64,000 bases of DNA from an uncultured Candidatus Saccharimonadales bacterium (GTDB taxonomy: Bacteria > Patescibacteriota > Saccharimonadia > UBA4664 > SCTI01). This document shows positions 49,598 to 59,856 of the stretch, in pieces; positions within the stretch are counted from its first letter, which is position 1; each line of letters starts with the position of its first letter. Below the pieces are notes generated by a model. It was not told the origin of the DNA. It was given only the letters and a program-made list of their open reading frames with translations, and searched no databases. The stretch covers positions 1,052 to 65,051 of the forward strand of contig CAZWEJ010000001.1 in assembly GCA_964632435.1 (NCBI GenBank). The letters run 5' to 3'. The position numbers and the translations under genes were made by a program.

Positions 49598-50143
49598 ATG
49601 AGTAGACTACGAGAAAAATATCAGAAAGAGATAAAGAAGCAGCTCAAGCAAGAGCTGGGCCTAGCTAATGATCATCAAATACCGAAGGTTGAGAAAGTAG
49701 TAGTCAACGCTGGAGTTGGGCGAGCAGTTGCTGATAGTAAGCATATTGAGCACGTGACCAACACAATTACTAAGGTTACCGGCCAAGCGCCTGTCACTAC
49801 TGTCGCCAAGAACAGTATTGCTGGCTTCAAGCTTCGTGACGGCAACAAGATTGGTGTAAGCGTTACCCTGCGTGGTGAGCGAATGTATGAGTTTCTTGAT
49901 AGGTTGGTTTCAATCACTATTCCTCGAATTAGAGACTTCCGTGGGATCTCAACCACGGCGTTTGATAAGCAGGGCAATTACAGCATCGGCCTTAAAGATC
50001 AAACCGTATTTCCAGAGATCAGCTATGAAGAAGCAGGAACACCCCACGGTCTTCAGGTAAACATTGTTACTACCGCTAAGACCAAAGAGGAGAGTAAAAA
50101 ATTACTAGAATTAATGGGATTTCCCTTTAGGAGGAACAGCTAA
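49598..50143 (+). CDS. rplE: 50S ribosomal protein L5
   Basis: Conserved L5. Confidence 0.97.
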   Translation: MSRLREKYQKEIKKQLKQELGLANDHQIPKVEKVVVNAGVGRAVADSKHIEHVTNTITKVTGQAPVTTVAKNSIAGFKLRDGNKIGVSVTLRGERMYEFLDRLVSITIPRIRDFRGISTTAFDKQGNYSIGLKDQTVFPEISYEEAGTPHGLQVNIVTTAKTKEESKKLLELMGFPFRRNS

Positions 50144-50328
50144 TGGCACGAGTAGCCTTGGTCGCAAAGGCCAATAAAAAGCCAAAGTTTTCGACCCGCA
50201 AGGTCAATCGCTGCAAGCTGTGCGGTCGACCTCGAGGTTATATACGTAAGTTCGGTATGTGCCGAATTTGCTTCCGCGAGCACGCAAGCCGTGGACAGAT
50301 CCCTGGCGTAACTAAGGCCAGTTGGTAA
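50143..50328 (+). CDS. rpsZ: 30S ribosomal protein S14 type Z (zinc-binding, 61 aa)
   Basis: CxxC...CxxC motif (CKLCGRP...CRICFRE). Confidence 0.95.
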   Translation: MARVALVAKANKKPKFSTRKVNRCKLCGRPRGYIRKFGMCRICFREHASRGQIPGVTKASW

Positions 50329-50338
50329 GGAGAGCACG

Positions 50339-50725
50339 ATGACAGATCCAATCGCAGATATGTTAACAAGAATTAGAAACGCCATCGCGGCAGGTCGCGA
50401 ATCGGTGGTAGTGCCTCATTCCAAAATTAAGGAATCACTGGCCTCAATCTTAAAGCAAAACAACTTTATTGCTGACTATCGTGTTGAAGAAGTTGATGGC
50501 TTTAAGACAATCATAATCACCGTTAAAGAAGGAGACCGGCCAGCAATTAGCTCACTACAGCGAGTAAGCAAGCCAGGTCGAAGAGTCTACACCAGCAGCA
50601 AGGATATTCCTTTGGTGCTTGGTGGACGCGGAATGGTTATCCTTTCTACCTCAGGTGGATTGATGACTGGCCGTGAGGCACGCCAAAAAGGCCTCGGCGG
50701 TGAATTAATCTGTAAGGTGTGGTAA
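50339..50725 (+). CDS. rpsH: 30S ribosomal protein S8
   Basis: [15 protein letters not shown]... Confidence 0.97.
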   Translation: MTDPIADMLTRIRNAIAAGRESVVVPHSKIKESLASILKQNNFIADYRVEEVDGFKTIIITVKEGDRPAISSLQRVSKPGRRVYTSSKDIPLVLGGRGMVILSTSGGLMTGREARQKGLGGELICKVW

Positions 50726-50726
50726 G

Positions 50727-51263
50727 ATGAGTCGAATTGGACGACAACCTATCGAAGTGCCAGCAGGTGTAAACGTTGAGTTTGAAGGCGACGTAATCAT
50801 GGCAACCGGTCCAAAAGGGACCCTTGAGGTCAAACTTCTACCCGGTCTTAAGGTTGAGCAGAACGAAAACGTTCTCACCGTTGTTAAAAAGCTTGATAAC
50901 GAAGAGACTCAGCGCACTTTTGGTTTGCAGAGAACCCTTATCAACAACATTGTTGTAGGCGTTAGCCAAGGTTATGAACGCCGATTGGAAATTAACGGCG
51001 TCGGTTACCGAGCAAACGTAGCGGGTAACATCATCAACCTTTCTCTTGGCTACTCTCACCCGATTGAGTTCAAGCTCCCTCAAGGTGTTGAGGCTAAGGT
51101 AGAAAAGAACCTGATTATTCTCAACAGCGCCGATAAGCAGCTTGTTGGGCAAGTAGCAGCAAATATCCGCGCCCTACGCAAGCCGGAACCATATAAAGGT
51201 AAGGGCATCAAGTATGTAGAGGAGCGCATTAGGCGCAAGGCCGGAAAGGCGGCAACAAAGTAA
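50727..51263 (+). CDS. rplF: 50S ribosomal protein L6
   Basis: Conserved L6. Confidence 0.97.
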   Translation: MSRIGRQPIEVPAGVNVEFEGDVIMATGPKGTLEVKLLPGLKVEQNENVLTVVKKLDNEETQRTFGLQRTLINNIVVGVSQGYERRLEINGVGYRANVAGNIINLSLGYSHPIEFKLPQGVEAKVEKNLIILNSADKQLVGQVAANIRALRKPEPYKGKGIKYVEERIRRKAGKAATK

Positions 51264-51613
51264 TGAGTATGAATGTGTTAACTAATAAAGATCAGCGTAG
51301 AAAGCGAATTCGGGCCAAGATTTGGGGCACCGCTGAGCGACCACGCCTTAGTGTTAATATCAGCAATAAGCATATTGTGGCTCAGTTGATTAACGATGAT
51401 AAGGGTGTAACTCTCGGGTATGTTTCAACTGTTGGCAATAAGGATGTTAAAGGAAATATGACCGAAAAGGCAAAGACAGTCGGCGAGCAAATTGCAGCTA
51501 TAGCATCAAAGAAGAAGATCAAAACTGTGATCTTTGATCGAGGCACCAGAATTTACCACGGCCGTCTGGCAGCTTTAGCAAATGCCGCTAGAGATAAGGG
51601 ATTGGAGTTTTAG
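51263..51613 (+). CDS. rplR: 50S ribosomal protein L18
   Basis: Conserved L18. Confidence 0.95.
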   Translation: MSMNVLTNKDQRRKRIRAKIWGTAERPRLSVNISNKHIVAQLINDDKGVTLGYVSTVGNKDVKGNMTEKAKTVGEQIAAIASKKKIKTVIFDRGTRIYHGRLAALANAARDKGLEF

Positions 51614-51614
51614 T

Positions 51615-52148
51615 ATGGCAATTCAACAGCAGCCAAAAGAATTTGAAGAGACAGTAATTGCCATCGACCGCGTAGCGAGAGTCGTTAAGGGTGGACGAAG
51701 ATTCCGATTTAGGGCAACTGTCGTTATCGGTGACGGTAAAGGCCGAGTTGGGCTTGGTATTGGTAAAGGCGGCGAGGTTATCACTGCAATTGCTAAGGCA
51801 GTTGCTCGCGCTCGACGCAATATGATTACTATTCCTTTGAAGAATGGCACCATCCCCCACGAAGTTACAGTTCGTTTCTCCGGGGCACAGGTAATGCTGA
51901 AGCCTGCCTCAGATGGTACCGGTGTTATTGCCGGTGGTGCGGTTAGAAATGTAGTTGAGCGAGCCGGCATTCATAATCTGTTGACCAAGTCGTTTGGCTC
52001 AACAAACAAGGTGAATAATGCCTATGCTACAATTATGGCACTGTCGCAGCTTGAGCCGGTTGAATCAAGCCCAATCCCTCGAGCAAAAGCGCTTCGAGAT
52101 GCCAAGCAGACCAAAGAAACCAAACCAAAGACTAAGGCGGCTGCTTAA
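51615..52148 (+). CDS. rpsE: 30S ribosomal protein S5
   Basis: The ATG at 51615 (MAIQQQPKEFEE...) is preferred over the longer ORF that overlaps rplR. Confidence 0.95.
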   Translation: MAIQQQPKEFEETVIAIDRVARVVKGGRRFRFRATVVIGDGKGRVGLGIGKGGEVITAIAKAVARARRNMITIPLKNGTIPHEVTVRFSGAQVMLKPASDGTGVIAGGAVRNVVERAGIHNLLTKSFGSTNKVNNAYATIMALSQLEPVESSPIPRAKALRDAKQTKETKPKTKAAA

Positions 52149-52157
52149 GGATAGACT

Positions 52158-52640
52158 ATGAAGATTCATGAATTAACAGTTTCATCAAAACAAGACCGAA
52201 AGAGGGTTGGTCGCGGTATTGGTTCCGGCACCGGTAAAACTGCCGGTCGAGGTACAAAAGGCCAAAATTCAAGGTCTGGAGGCGGTGTACGCCCTGGGTT
52301 CGAAGGCGGACAAAACCCGTTAGCCAAGCGATTGCCAAAGAAGCGTGGTTTCCGAGCCCTCAACCCAACTAACTACACAGTAATTAGCCTATCGCGTATT
52401 GAAACCCTTAAAGGCTCAAAGCTAGACAATGCCTCATTGGTTGATGCAGGGATTACTGCAAACCTAAGCACTCCAGTTAAAGTTCTTGGAACCGGCAAGC
52501 TTACTCGCAAAGTCGATGTAAAACTTCAGGCAGCAACTTCAACAGCTAAGGCTGCAATCGAAAAAGCTGGTGGATCATTTACAGTAGCTACCGTTGTAAA
52601 AAGCCCCAAGAAGCCATCAAAGCGTAATAGAAAGTCGTAA
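52158..52640 (+). CDS. rplO: 50S ribosomal protein L15
   Basis: Conserved L15; it follows rpsE directly with no L30 gene between. Confidence 0.95.
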   Translation: MKIHELTVSSKQDRKRVGRGIGSGTGKTAGRGTKGQNSRSGGGVRPGFEGGQNPLAKRLPKKRGFRALNPTNYTVISLSRIETLKGSKLDNASLVDAGITANLSTPVKVLGTGKLTRKVDVKLQAATSTAKAAIEKAGGSFTVATVVKSPKKPSKRNRKS

Positions 52641-52644
52641 TTAG

Positions 52645-53958
52645 GTGGACTGGGCGACACTAAAGCAAGCCTTACGTTCATCAGATTTGCGGCGGCGTAT
52701 CGGATTTGTTCTGTTTATACTGGTTCTTTTCCGGGTTCTTTCTTATGTCCCAGTTCCAGTTCCCGACAACGCTGCGCTGTCCTCATTTTTAAATAACCTC
52801 TTTAATAGCAGCCAGCTGCTAGGTTTTGCAGATCTATTTTCTGGTGGAAGTCTTAGTAATTTCTCGATCATCATGATGGGTCTCGGACCTTACATCAACG
52901 CGTCTATTATTGTTCAATTGATGACTCGGGTTATACCTCAACTCGAAGCCTTAAGCAAAGAAGGTGAAGCCGGTAGGAGGAAGATTAATCAATACACAAG
53001 ACTTCTTACGTTACCCTTAGCAGTTGTGCAATCAATTGCTATGGTGATTCTAATCCAAAAGACTTCTGTTCAAATTGCCAATACTGACTTAATTGGCAAC
53101 CCTAGTATTTTTGATTGGTTCCTTATGGTTATCACGATGACTGCGGGTACGATGCTGTTAATGTGGATGGGTGAGCTGATAACTGAGCGCGGCGTCGGAA
53201 ACGGTATTTCTCTGATTATTGTGGCTGGAATAGTCGCGTCCATACCTGCAAATATTATTCAAAACTACAGCTTGGTGGTGAATGATACTGGTAAATTGCT
53301 ACAAACGTTGGCCATTGCTGCAGGTGCTCTTGCAGTTACGTACATAATTGTTCAGCTAAACGAAGGGCATCGGTCGATTCCAGTTTCGTATGCTCGTCGA
53401 ATTAGAGGTAACAGGGTATTCTCTGGTGTCGATACCTATATGCCAATTAAGCTAATAACGGCTGGGGTTATACCAATTATCTTTGCGCTAGCCTTTTTGG
53501 CAGTCCCTCCATTTCTTGGGCAGCTACTTTCCGGTGCAAGTACTGCTTGGGTATCAGCCTTCGGCACGTGGCTAACCACAACCTTTGCAGCAACCAGCAT
53601 CTGGTATGCGGGCTCATATTTCTTCTTGGTTGTAGGGTTTACGTACTTCTATACTTCAATTATTTTCAATTCGACGGAAATAGCCGAAAATATGCAGAAG
53701 AATGGCGGGTTTATACCAGGTATTAGGCCGGGCACAGAAACCGCAGCCTATTTAAAGAAGGTCATTAATAGATTGACTCTATTTGGCGCAATAGCCCTAG
53801 GTTTAATAGCAATAATGCCATTTATAGTAGAGCGCTTTACAGGTACGACCTCCCTAACTATTGGAGGAACCAGCCTGTTGATTATCGTGGCTGTAGCGCT
53901 TGAAACAATGAAGCAAATCCGCTCAAGAGTCATACAAATTAGCTATGACAATTATTAA
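52645..53958 (+). CDS. secY: Protein translocase subunit SecY
   Basis: GTG start; 10 TM helices and a conserved SecY plug/pore region. Confidence 0.95.
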   Translation: MDWATLKQALRSSDLRRRIGFVLFILVLFRVLSYVPVPVPDNAALSSFLNNLFNSSQLLGFADLFSGGSLSNFSIIMMGLGPYINASIIVQLMTRVIPQLEALSKEGEAGRRKINQYTRLLTLPLAVVQSIAMVILIQKTSVQIANTDLIGNPSIFDWFLMVITMTAGTMLLMWMGELITERGVGNGISLIIVAGIVASIPANIIQNYSLVVNDTGKLLQTLAIAAGALAVTYIIVQLNEGHRSIPVSYARRIRGNRVFSGVDTYMPIKLITAGVIPIIFALAFLAVPPFLGQLLSGASTAWVSAFGTWLTTTFAATSIWYAGSYFFLVVGFTYFYTSIIFNSTEIAENMQKNGGFIPGIRPGTETAAYLKKVINRLTLFGAIALGLIAIMPFIVERFTGTTSLTIGGTSLLIIVAVALETMKQIRSRVIQISYDNY

Positions 53959-54028
53959 TGCAAATTTTACGCAAAAACTCCTTTACAGATCTGAAAAAAA
54001 TCTGTATTATATCTACTTGTAGCTCATT

Positions 54029-54253
54029 ATGTCAGATACAAAGGAAGTAATCGAACTATCCGGAACCGTTCTGGAGACCCTCCCAAACGCAATGTTTAGG
54101 GTTGAGCTCGAGAACGGTCACGTTATTTTAGCCCATATCTCTGGGAAAATGCGTATGCACTATATTCGCATATTGCCTGGAGACAAGGTGACTGTTCAAA
54201 TGACCCCATATGATCTGACAAAAGGCCGAATTACTTATCGGCATAGAGATTAA
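54029..54253 (+). CDS. infA: Translation initiation factor IF-1
   Basis: S1-like fold; conserved IF-1 sequence. Confidence 0.95.
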   Translation: MSDTKEVIELSGTVLETLPNAMFRVELENGHVILAHISGKMRMHYIRILPGDKVTVQMTPYDLTKGRITYRHRD

Positions 54254-54268
54254 GTTTAGAGGATTAGC

Positions 54269-54382
54269 ATGAAAGTACGCCCCAGCGCAAAAAAGATGTG
54301 TTCTAAGTGCAAAATCGTTCGTCGCGAACGGGTAGTTTACGTTATCTGCGAAAATCCTCGACACAAGCAGAGGCAAGGTTAA
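54269..54382 (+). CDS. rpmJ: 50S ribosomal protein L36
   Basis: My own translation: [37 protein letters not shown]. The stop overlaps the rpsM ATG. Not in the ORF track because it is under 60 aa. Confidence 0.9.
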   Translation: MKVRPSAKKMCSKCKIVRRERVVYVICENPRHKQRQG

Positions 54383-54768
54383 TGGCTCGTATTGCTGGTG
54401 TTAACATCCCAAATGATAAAAGAGTTGAGATAGCTCTCACTTATATATATGGGATTGGCCTCACGACTAGTCAGAAAATCCTGGCCACAACCGGCATCAA
54501 CCCAAATACAAGGGTTAAAGATCTGACAGAAAGCGAAGTTATTAAGCTTCGAGAAGAGATTGATAAGAACTTAACAGTTGAAGGCGATCTTCAGCGAGTT
54601 GTTTCTCAGTCAATATCCAGATTGAAAGAGATTAACTCTTACCGTGGGCTTCGCCACAAGAACAACCTTCCAGCTCGCGGACAGCGAACTAAGACCAATG
54701 CACGAACAAAGCGAGGCAAGAAGGTCACAGCTGGCAGTGGACGTAAAAAAGCAGCATCAAAGACTTAG
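54382..54768 (+). CDS. rpsM: 30S ribosomal protein S13
   Basis: The ATG at 54382 ([10 protein letters not shown]...) is preferred over the longer track ORF. Confidence 0.95.
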   Translation: MARIAGVNIPNDKRVEIALTYIYGIGLTTSQKILATTGINPNTRVKDLTESEVIKLREEIDKNLTVEGDLQRVVSQSISRLKEINSYRGLRHKNNLPARGQRTKTNARTKRGKKVTAGSGRKKAASKT

Positions 54769-54783
54769 GATTAATTAGAAACA

Positions 54784-55179
54784 ATGGCAACCAAGACTGC
54801 AACTAAAGCAAGACGTAGAAAAACCAAGCGCAATGTCGCTGTTGGTGTTATGCATGTTCATGCTACGTTCAACAACACCATTATTACTATTGCTGATGAA
54901 AACGGAAACTCACTAGCATGGGCAAGCTCTGGAGCGAGTGGGTTTAAGGGCTCGAGAAAATCAACTCCCTACGCAGCACAGGTAGCAGCCGAAAAAGTTG
55001 CACAGTCTGCTAAGGATATGGGTATGCAGCGAGTAAGCGTTGAAGTTCGCGGGATTGGAAGCGGTCGAGAATCCGCCATTCGCGCACTGAGCGCAGTTGG
55101 AATTCAGGTAGCAAGCATAAAGGATGTTACCGGTATTCCTCACAACGGTTGCCGACCACGAAAGCCGAGGAGAGTCTAA
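54784..55179 (+). CDS. rpsK: 30S ribosomal protein S11
   Basis: Conserved S11. Confidence 0.97.
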   Translation: MATKTATKARRRKTKRNVAVGVMHVHATFNNTIITIADENGNSLAWASSGASGFKGSRKSTPYAAQVAAEKVAQSAKDMGMQRVSVEVRGIGSGRESAIRALSAVGIQVASIKDVTGIPHNGCRPRKPRRV

Positions 55180-55796
55180 TGGCACGAGATCTTGCACCAA
55201 TCGTAAAGCGTTCAAGACGCGAAAAGACTGCTCTTCATCCAAAGGCGGTAAAGGGGCTTACTCTTCGCAATTATGCTCCTGGCCAACACGGTCAGTCCAT
55301 GATGCGCTCAAAGATGAGCCAGTATGCGGTTCAGCTTCGAGAAAAGCAGAAGGTAAAGCGCATGTACGGTTTGCTTGAAAAGCAGTTCAGACGCGTTATC
55401 GCCGAGGCTGAGCGTAGGCAAGGTGTTACAGGTGATATTATGGTTCAATTGCTTGAACAGCGCCTAGATAATGCTGTATACCGCCTAAATTGGGCAATCA
55501 GCCGACAGGCGGCCCGTCAATTGGTTACACATGGTCACATTTTGCTCAACGGTAAGCGAGTTGATATCCCATCAATTCAGCTTAAGCCAGGTGATGAGCT
55601 TGAGGTTAGAGCAAAAAGTGCTTCAAATGCCTACTTCACCGCTCTTAAAGAGCAGTTGGCAAGCAATCAATCAACAGTTGGTTGGTTAAGTTCAGATGCA
55701 AAGAAACTTAAGGCTAAGGTTACAGGAGCCCCTTCACGCGAAGACGTGACTGAGGAGATCAACGAACAGTTAATCATTGAGTTCTACTCAAGGTAA
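55179..55796 (+). CDS. rpsD: 30S ribosomal protein S4
   Basis: The ATG at 55179 overlaps the rpsK stop; S4 N-terminal domain plus S4 RNA-binding domain. Confidence 0.93.
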   Translation: MARDLAPIVKRSRREKTALHPKAVKGLTLRNYAPGQHGQSMMRSKMSQYAVQLREKQKVKRMYGLLEKQFRRVIAEAERRQGVTGDIMVQLLEQRLDNAVYRLNWAISRQAARQLVTHGHILLNGKRVDIPSIQLKPGDELEVRAKSASNAYFTALKEQLASNQSTVGWLSSDAKKLKAKVTGAPSREDVTEEINEQLIIEFYSR

Positions 55797-55819
55797 GTAA
55801 TAAAGGAAGGAATTAGAAG

Positions 55820-56761
55820 GTGTTGTACGACATTCAACTCCCAAACATCAAGACCGTCAAAGAGGATGGCAATCGCGCAACCTTTGCGATTGAGCCACTT
55901 TACTCTGGCTATGGTATGACATTAGGGAACAGCCTACGCCGTGTTATTCTTTCAAGCTTGGGTGGTGCAGCTGTCACTGCCGTAAAGATTGATAACGTGG
56001 CTCACGAGTTCTCAACAATTGATGGCGTCAAAGAAGACGTTGTTGAGATTATTTTAAACTTAAAGAAGCTTCGCTTCCGAGTTTATAGTGATGAGCCTCA
56101 GTACATTATCCTCACCAAAAAAGGTAAGGGGAATGTTACTGCTGCAGATATTAAGACAAACTCCGATATCGAGATTGTTAACACAGATCAACACATTGCA
56201 ACGATCGATAACGACAAGACTCAGATTGGAATGGAGATTAAGGTTGAGAAGGGCCGTGGATACATTCCTGTAGAGGCTCGCGAGAACGAGAAGCTCGAAG
56301 TAGGTATGATAGCTGTTGATGCGCTTTACAGCCCAGTTCGACGAGTTCGCTACAATGTTGAGAATACTCGTGTTGGTCAGGTTACCGACCTCGATCGATT
56401 GGTTCTTGAGGTAGAGACCGATGGCTCAATAAGCCCAATGGACGCAGTCACTCAGGCAGCCGAGATCTTGGTACGCCACTTCTCAGTCGTTGGCGGTCAA
56501 ACTGCTCCTGTTGGCGAAACTCAAGAAGTCGCTGAGGACAGCAAAGAATCAAATGCAGCTAAGATCATGATTGAGGAGGTAAACTTTACACCTCGAACAA
56601 CTAACGCGCTGCTCAATAACGATATTCGCACTATGAAGGATCTTCTTCGATTAACCGATAGTGAGCTAAAGGAGCTAAAGGGATTTGGTGCTAAGGCTTA
56701 CGATGAGGTCAAGGACAAGATCGCAGAGCTCGGTTTCGCTAAAGAGACAGAGGAAGTTTAA
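55820..56761 (+). CDS. rpoA: DNA-directed RNA polymerase subunit alpha
   Basis: GTG start after AAGGAAGG; conserved N-terminal dimerisation domain and a C-terminal domain. Confidence 0.95.
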   Translation: MLYDIQLPNIKTVKEDGNRATFAIEPLYSGYGMTLGNSLRRVILSSLGGAAVTAVKIDNVAHEFSTIDGVKEDVVEIILNLKKLRFRVYSDEPQYIILTKKGKGNVTAADIKTNSDIEIVNTDQHIATIDNDKTQIGMEIKVEKGRGYIPVEARENEKLEVGMIAVDALYSPVRRVRYNVENTRVGQVTDLDRLVLEVETDGSISPMDAVTQAAEILVRHFSVVGGQTAPVGETQEVAEDSKESNAAKIMIEEVNFTPRTTNALLNNDIRTMKDLLRLTDSELKELKGFGAKAYDEVKDKIAELGFAKETEEV

Positions 56762-57256
56762 ATGCACCGTCACGGTTATAAAGGTCGAAAACTACAACTC
56801 GAAGCCGGTCCTCGCCGGGCGCTGATTCGTGGTCAGGTTACCTCATTGGTTCTGCACGAGCAGATTACCACAACTGAGGCCAAAGCTAAGGAAATTGCTC
56901 CTTACTTCGAGAGACTTGTAACTAAGGCCAAAAAGGGTGACCTACATAACCGTCGCCAGATACGATCGTTTTTAACTACCGATAAGGCAACTCAAAAGCT
57001 AATTGAAGAAATTGCGCCGGTATTTAAAGACCGTAATGGCGGTTACACTCGAATTGTTAAGCTCGGCAACCGACAGGGCGACAACGCCAAAATGGCTGCT
57101 GTGATGCTTACTGAAAAGCCAAAAAGAGTTGCTACAGAAAAGGCAAAGACAGAGACCAAGGGTAAGATTGAGGACAAGCCTAAAGCAGAAACCAAGAAAG
57201 CTGCCCCTAAGAAGGATGCTAAACCTAAGGCTAAATCAGCTAAGGGAGATAAGTAA
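56762..57256 (+). CDS. rplQ: 50S ribosomal protein L17 (Lys/Ala-rich C-terminal tail)
   Basis: Conserved L17 core. Confidence 0.95.
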   Translation: MHRHGYKGRKLQLEAGPRRALIRGQVTSLVLHEQITTTEAKAKEIAPYFERLVTKAKKGDLHNRRQIRSFLTTDKATQKLIEEIAPVFKDRNGGYTRIVKLGNRQGDNAKMAAVMLTEKPKRVATEKAKTETKGKIEDKPKAETKKAAPKKDAKPKAKSAKGDK

Positions 57257-57687
57257 TGAAGACATATTCCGCAAAACCATCAGAACTTACGCATGATTGG
57301 TATGTAATCGATGCCAGTAACCAAACTCTTGGCCGTATTTCTACAATTATTGCTACTCACTTGATGGGGAAGCATAAGCCGCAGTATACCTCACATATTG
57401 ATTGTGGGGACAATGTTGTGGTTATCAATGCAGAGAAAATACAGGTTACTGGGAACAAGTTAACCGAGAAGAAGTATTACCGACATTCGGGCTATCCAGG
57501 CGGAATAAAAGAAAAAGTACTCGAGGACGTACTTTCAAGCCATCCCGAAAGAGTTATTGAACACTCCGTAAAGGGGATGCTTCCAAAGAACCGATTACAG
57601 GATGTACGAATGAAGAGATTAAAGGTTTACGCCGGTCCAGAGCATCCACATGGTCCGCAGAATCCTAAAGAATTGGGAGCTAATTAA
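57256..57687 (+). CDS. rplM: 50S ribosomal protein L13
   Basis: Conserved L13. Confidence 0.97.
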   Translation: MKTYSAKPSELTHDWYVIDASNQTLGRISTIIATHLMGKHKPQYTSHIDCGDNVVVINAEKIQVTGNKLTEKKYYRHSGYPGGIKEKVLEDVLSSHPERVIEHSVKGMLPKNRLQDVRMKRLKVYAGPEHPHGPQNPKELGAN

Positions 57688-58085
57688 TGGCTGAAAACTC
57701 AAAGTATTATTACGGCTTAGGCCGCAGAAAAGAATCAGTTGCAACTGCCCGACTATACCAGGGTGGTGGCGAGATAGTGGTTGGCGAGAAAACCGCTGAT
57801 GAGTATTTCAATAATAAGTCACTAACACTCCTATTACAGCAACCAATAGCTCTTGCGGGGCGCGAAAAGAAACTTCGAGTAACTCTAAGTGTCAAAGGTG
57901 GCGGTAAGCGTGGCCAGGCCGAGGCAGCACGGCTCGCTATTTCTAGAGCATTGGAGGAGATGGACGAGAATTTGCGCCCAACACTTAAGAAAGCGGGCTA
58001 TTTAACTCGAGACCCACGGGAGAAAGAGCGCAAGAAGCCCGGATTGAAGCGTGCTCGAAAAGCACCTCAGTTTAGTAAGCGATAA
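57687..58085 (+). CDS. rpsI: 30S ribosomal protein S9
   Basis: Conserved S9; C-terminal KR tail. Confidence 0.97.
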   Translation: MAENSKYYYGLGRRKESVATARLYQGGGEIVVGEKTADEYFNNKSLTLLLQQPIALAGREKKLRVTLSVKGGGKRGQAEAARLAISRALEEMDENLRPTLKKAGYLTRDPREKERKKPGLKRARKAPQFSKR

Positions 58086-58104
58086 ACAAAAATATTTCAA
58101 AAAA

Positions 58105-58134
58105 AGAACCGCCATGATGGCGGTTCTTTTTATT
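58105..58134 (+). terminator. Rho-independent terminator after rpsI
   Basis: agaaccgcc-atgat-ggcggttct stem followed by ttttatt. Confidence 0.75.
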
Positions 58135-58419
58135 CTCGACCTAAGACATTAATAAAATTAATAGCTTGGGTTGAGTGACAAAGTGAGTGAGATGCAGGTG
58201 GGTGAGGCACGCTAGATGCCTCACCCTCCCTTTCCGCTAGATACCTGCATTCGGAAAAGCTGCTCCATCGGTAAAGATGCGTAGTGAATCCGACCACGCT
58301 ACGCGCCCGATTGGCGGCACATAGGCCGCGCTAAAGCTGGAGAGCCTTGAAGTTTTACGGGGCAACCTCCGTGTCGCCCCGATTTGTCCCCCCCGTGCCA
58401 TTCTTGGCGCGAGCTTGTT

Positions 58420-59694
58420 TTACTTCTTGGTCTTCGAACGCCGACGAGCGCCCTTGGTTCCGGAGCGCTCACCCTTGGCGTTAACGCCCACGTTGCCGCG
58501 ACGGTTACGCCTCGGGTCGTCCGGACCCTGCGGGTTAGCCTTACCGATCCTGGGGCCGGCTCCAGGAATCTTCGGGGTGTTAGGCTCCTTCGACTTCTTG
58601 GCGGCCTTGGAGCCACCAGCCTTTCCGCGGTTGCGCTGATCGACCTGCTTGACCCGATTACTGCTTGCGCGAGCATCGCGGTCGAGCTTGCTCAGAACCA
58701 TCATGAGCTTGCTGTCCAGCTTGAGGTTCCCCCTCAGAATGCGCAGCGCATGGTGAATATCACGAACGTTCTGTCGGGTCTTCAGGATCTCCTCCGCCAG
58801 ATTCTCAATCGGCTGAGTCATCAGCATCATGAGGTACGAGCCGGGGTCGATCTCCTTGATCCCCTCGCTGAAGGCGTTGATCCGCCTCTGGCGAGTGGCT
58901 TCGATCTCCGAGATCATCTCGGAGATCTTCTGCTGAGCCGCCGCCCTCTTGCTGAGGCTCTGAAGAGCGATGATCATCGAGGCGTTGGGCCGAAGCTGCG
59001 CCTTCATGATCCGCACGGCGTTCAGCTCGCCGTAGACCGAGTTGCCCTCCTTCAGAAGCGTCTCGATGAGCTTATCGAGAGGCTCATTGAAGATCCGATG
59101 GAGGTACGTGCCCTCATCGATCAGATGGAGGTCATCCATGAACTCCTCCCGAAGGGTATCGATGCGACGCTGGAGGGCGGCCTTCTCGGACTCAGCCTTG
59201 GTGGTACCCTCATCGCACAGGCGCTTCAGCGTCTGCATGAAGTCGCTCTCATCCTCGAGCTGCTTCATAACCCCCAACATCGCTTCGGTGACCGTAATGC
59301 CACGCCTTCTGGCGTCGTACGTTGCGGTCTGCATGAGGGGGAAGTGGATCAGGTGGTAGAGCCGGGTGTCCTGCTTGATCAGACTCACGCCGTTGCCGTA
59401 CTTGGCAATCGCGTCCGTCTTGAGACGCTCGGCTTTCGCCGAGACCTCGTTGAGATCAACGCTGTCGCCCTCGACGTAGCCGGTCGAGAGATCCTCGACG
59501 CGGTGACGCCTGGGAGCGCTACCAGTAGTCGAGCGCTTGGGGCGACTCTTCCGCCCCTTCTGCCTGCGAGGCCGACGCGACCTGATCGCCTGCCCGAAAG
59601 CAGACATCAGTTCGTCGGTTGTCGCGACCCGATCGTCGGCCGGGGCCGGATCGGAGGTCTCCCCCTGGGGATTGACCTGGGGCGAAATCGCCAT
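58420..59694 (-). CDS. GC-rich foreign-looking gene: 424-aa protein with an internally duplicated helical domain and strongly basic Arg/Lys-rich N- and C-terminal tails (candidate nucleic-acid-binding protein)
   Basis: Minus-strand ORF with protein-like composition, whereas the plus-strand antisense ORF is L/R/G-rich. The start at 59694 is preferred because of the RBS GAGGTGA 4 nt upstream. Internal repeat: LIDEGTYLHRIFNEPLDKLIETLLK versus EIDPGSYLMMLMTQPIENLAEEILK. Local GC is about 60% against about 46% for the flanks. Confidence 0.55.
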   Translation of the reverse strand: MAISPQVNPQGETSDPAPADDRVATTDELMSAFGQAIRSRRPRRQKGRKSRPKRSTTGSAPRRHRVEDLSTGYVEGDSVDLNEVSAKAERLKTDAIAKYGNGVSLIKQDTRLYHLIHFPLMQTATYDARRRGITVTEAMLGVMKQLEDESDFMQTLKRLCDEGTTKAESEKAALQRRIDTLREEFMDDLHLIDEGTYLHRIFNEPLDKLIETLLKEGNSVYGELNAVRIMKAQLRPNASMIIALQSLSKRAAAQQKISEMISEIEATRQRRINAFSEGIKEIDPGSYLMMLMTQPIENLAEEILKTRQNVRDIHHALRILRGNLKLDSKLMMVLSKLDRDARASSNRVKQVDQRNRGKAGGSKAAKKSKEPNTPKIPGAGPRIGKANPQGPDDPRRNRRGNVGVNAKGERSGTKGARRRSKTKK

Positions 59695-59856
59695 GTTATC
59701 ACCTCGTTTGGGAAGAGCCATAACTTCTGACTCACTTTGTCAAAAAAACATCCGGATTGTTGCACCCGGAAGTTGCGCCAATATTAACATAACTATCTTT
59801 ATCTGTCAACCACCTTACGTCTGGCCACTAAAACATAACCGCTATATAATAATTTT

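Noticed and set aside
58384-59730. 448-aa plus-strand ORF covering the whole GC-rich islet
   Set aside because: Its composition is dominated by Leu/Arg/Gly/Ala, typical of antisense frames in high-GC DNA. The minus-strand frame has balanced composition, an RBS and an internal repeat, so it is the coding one.
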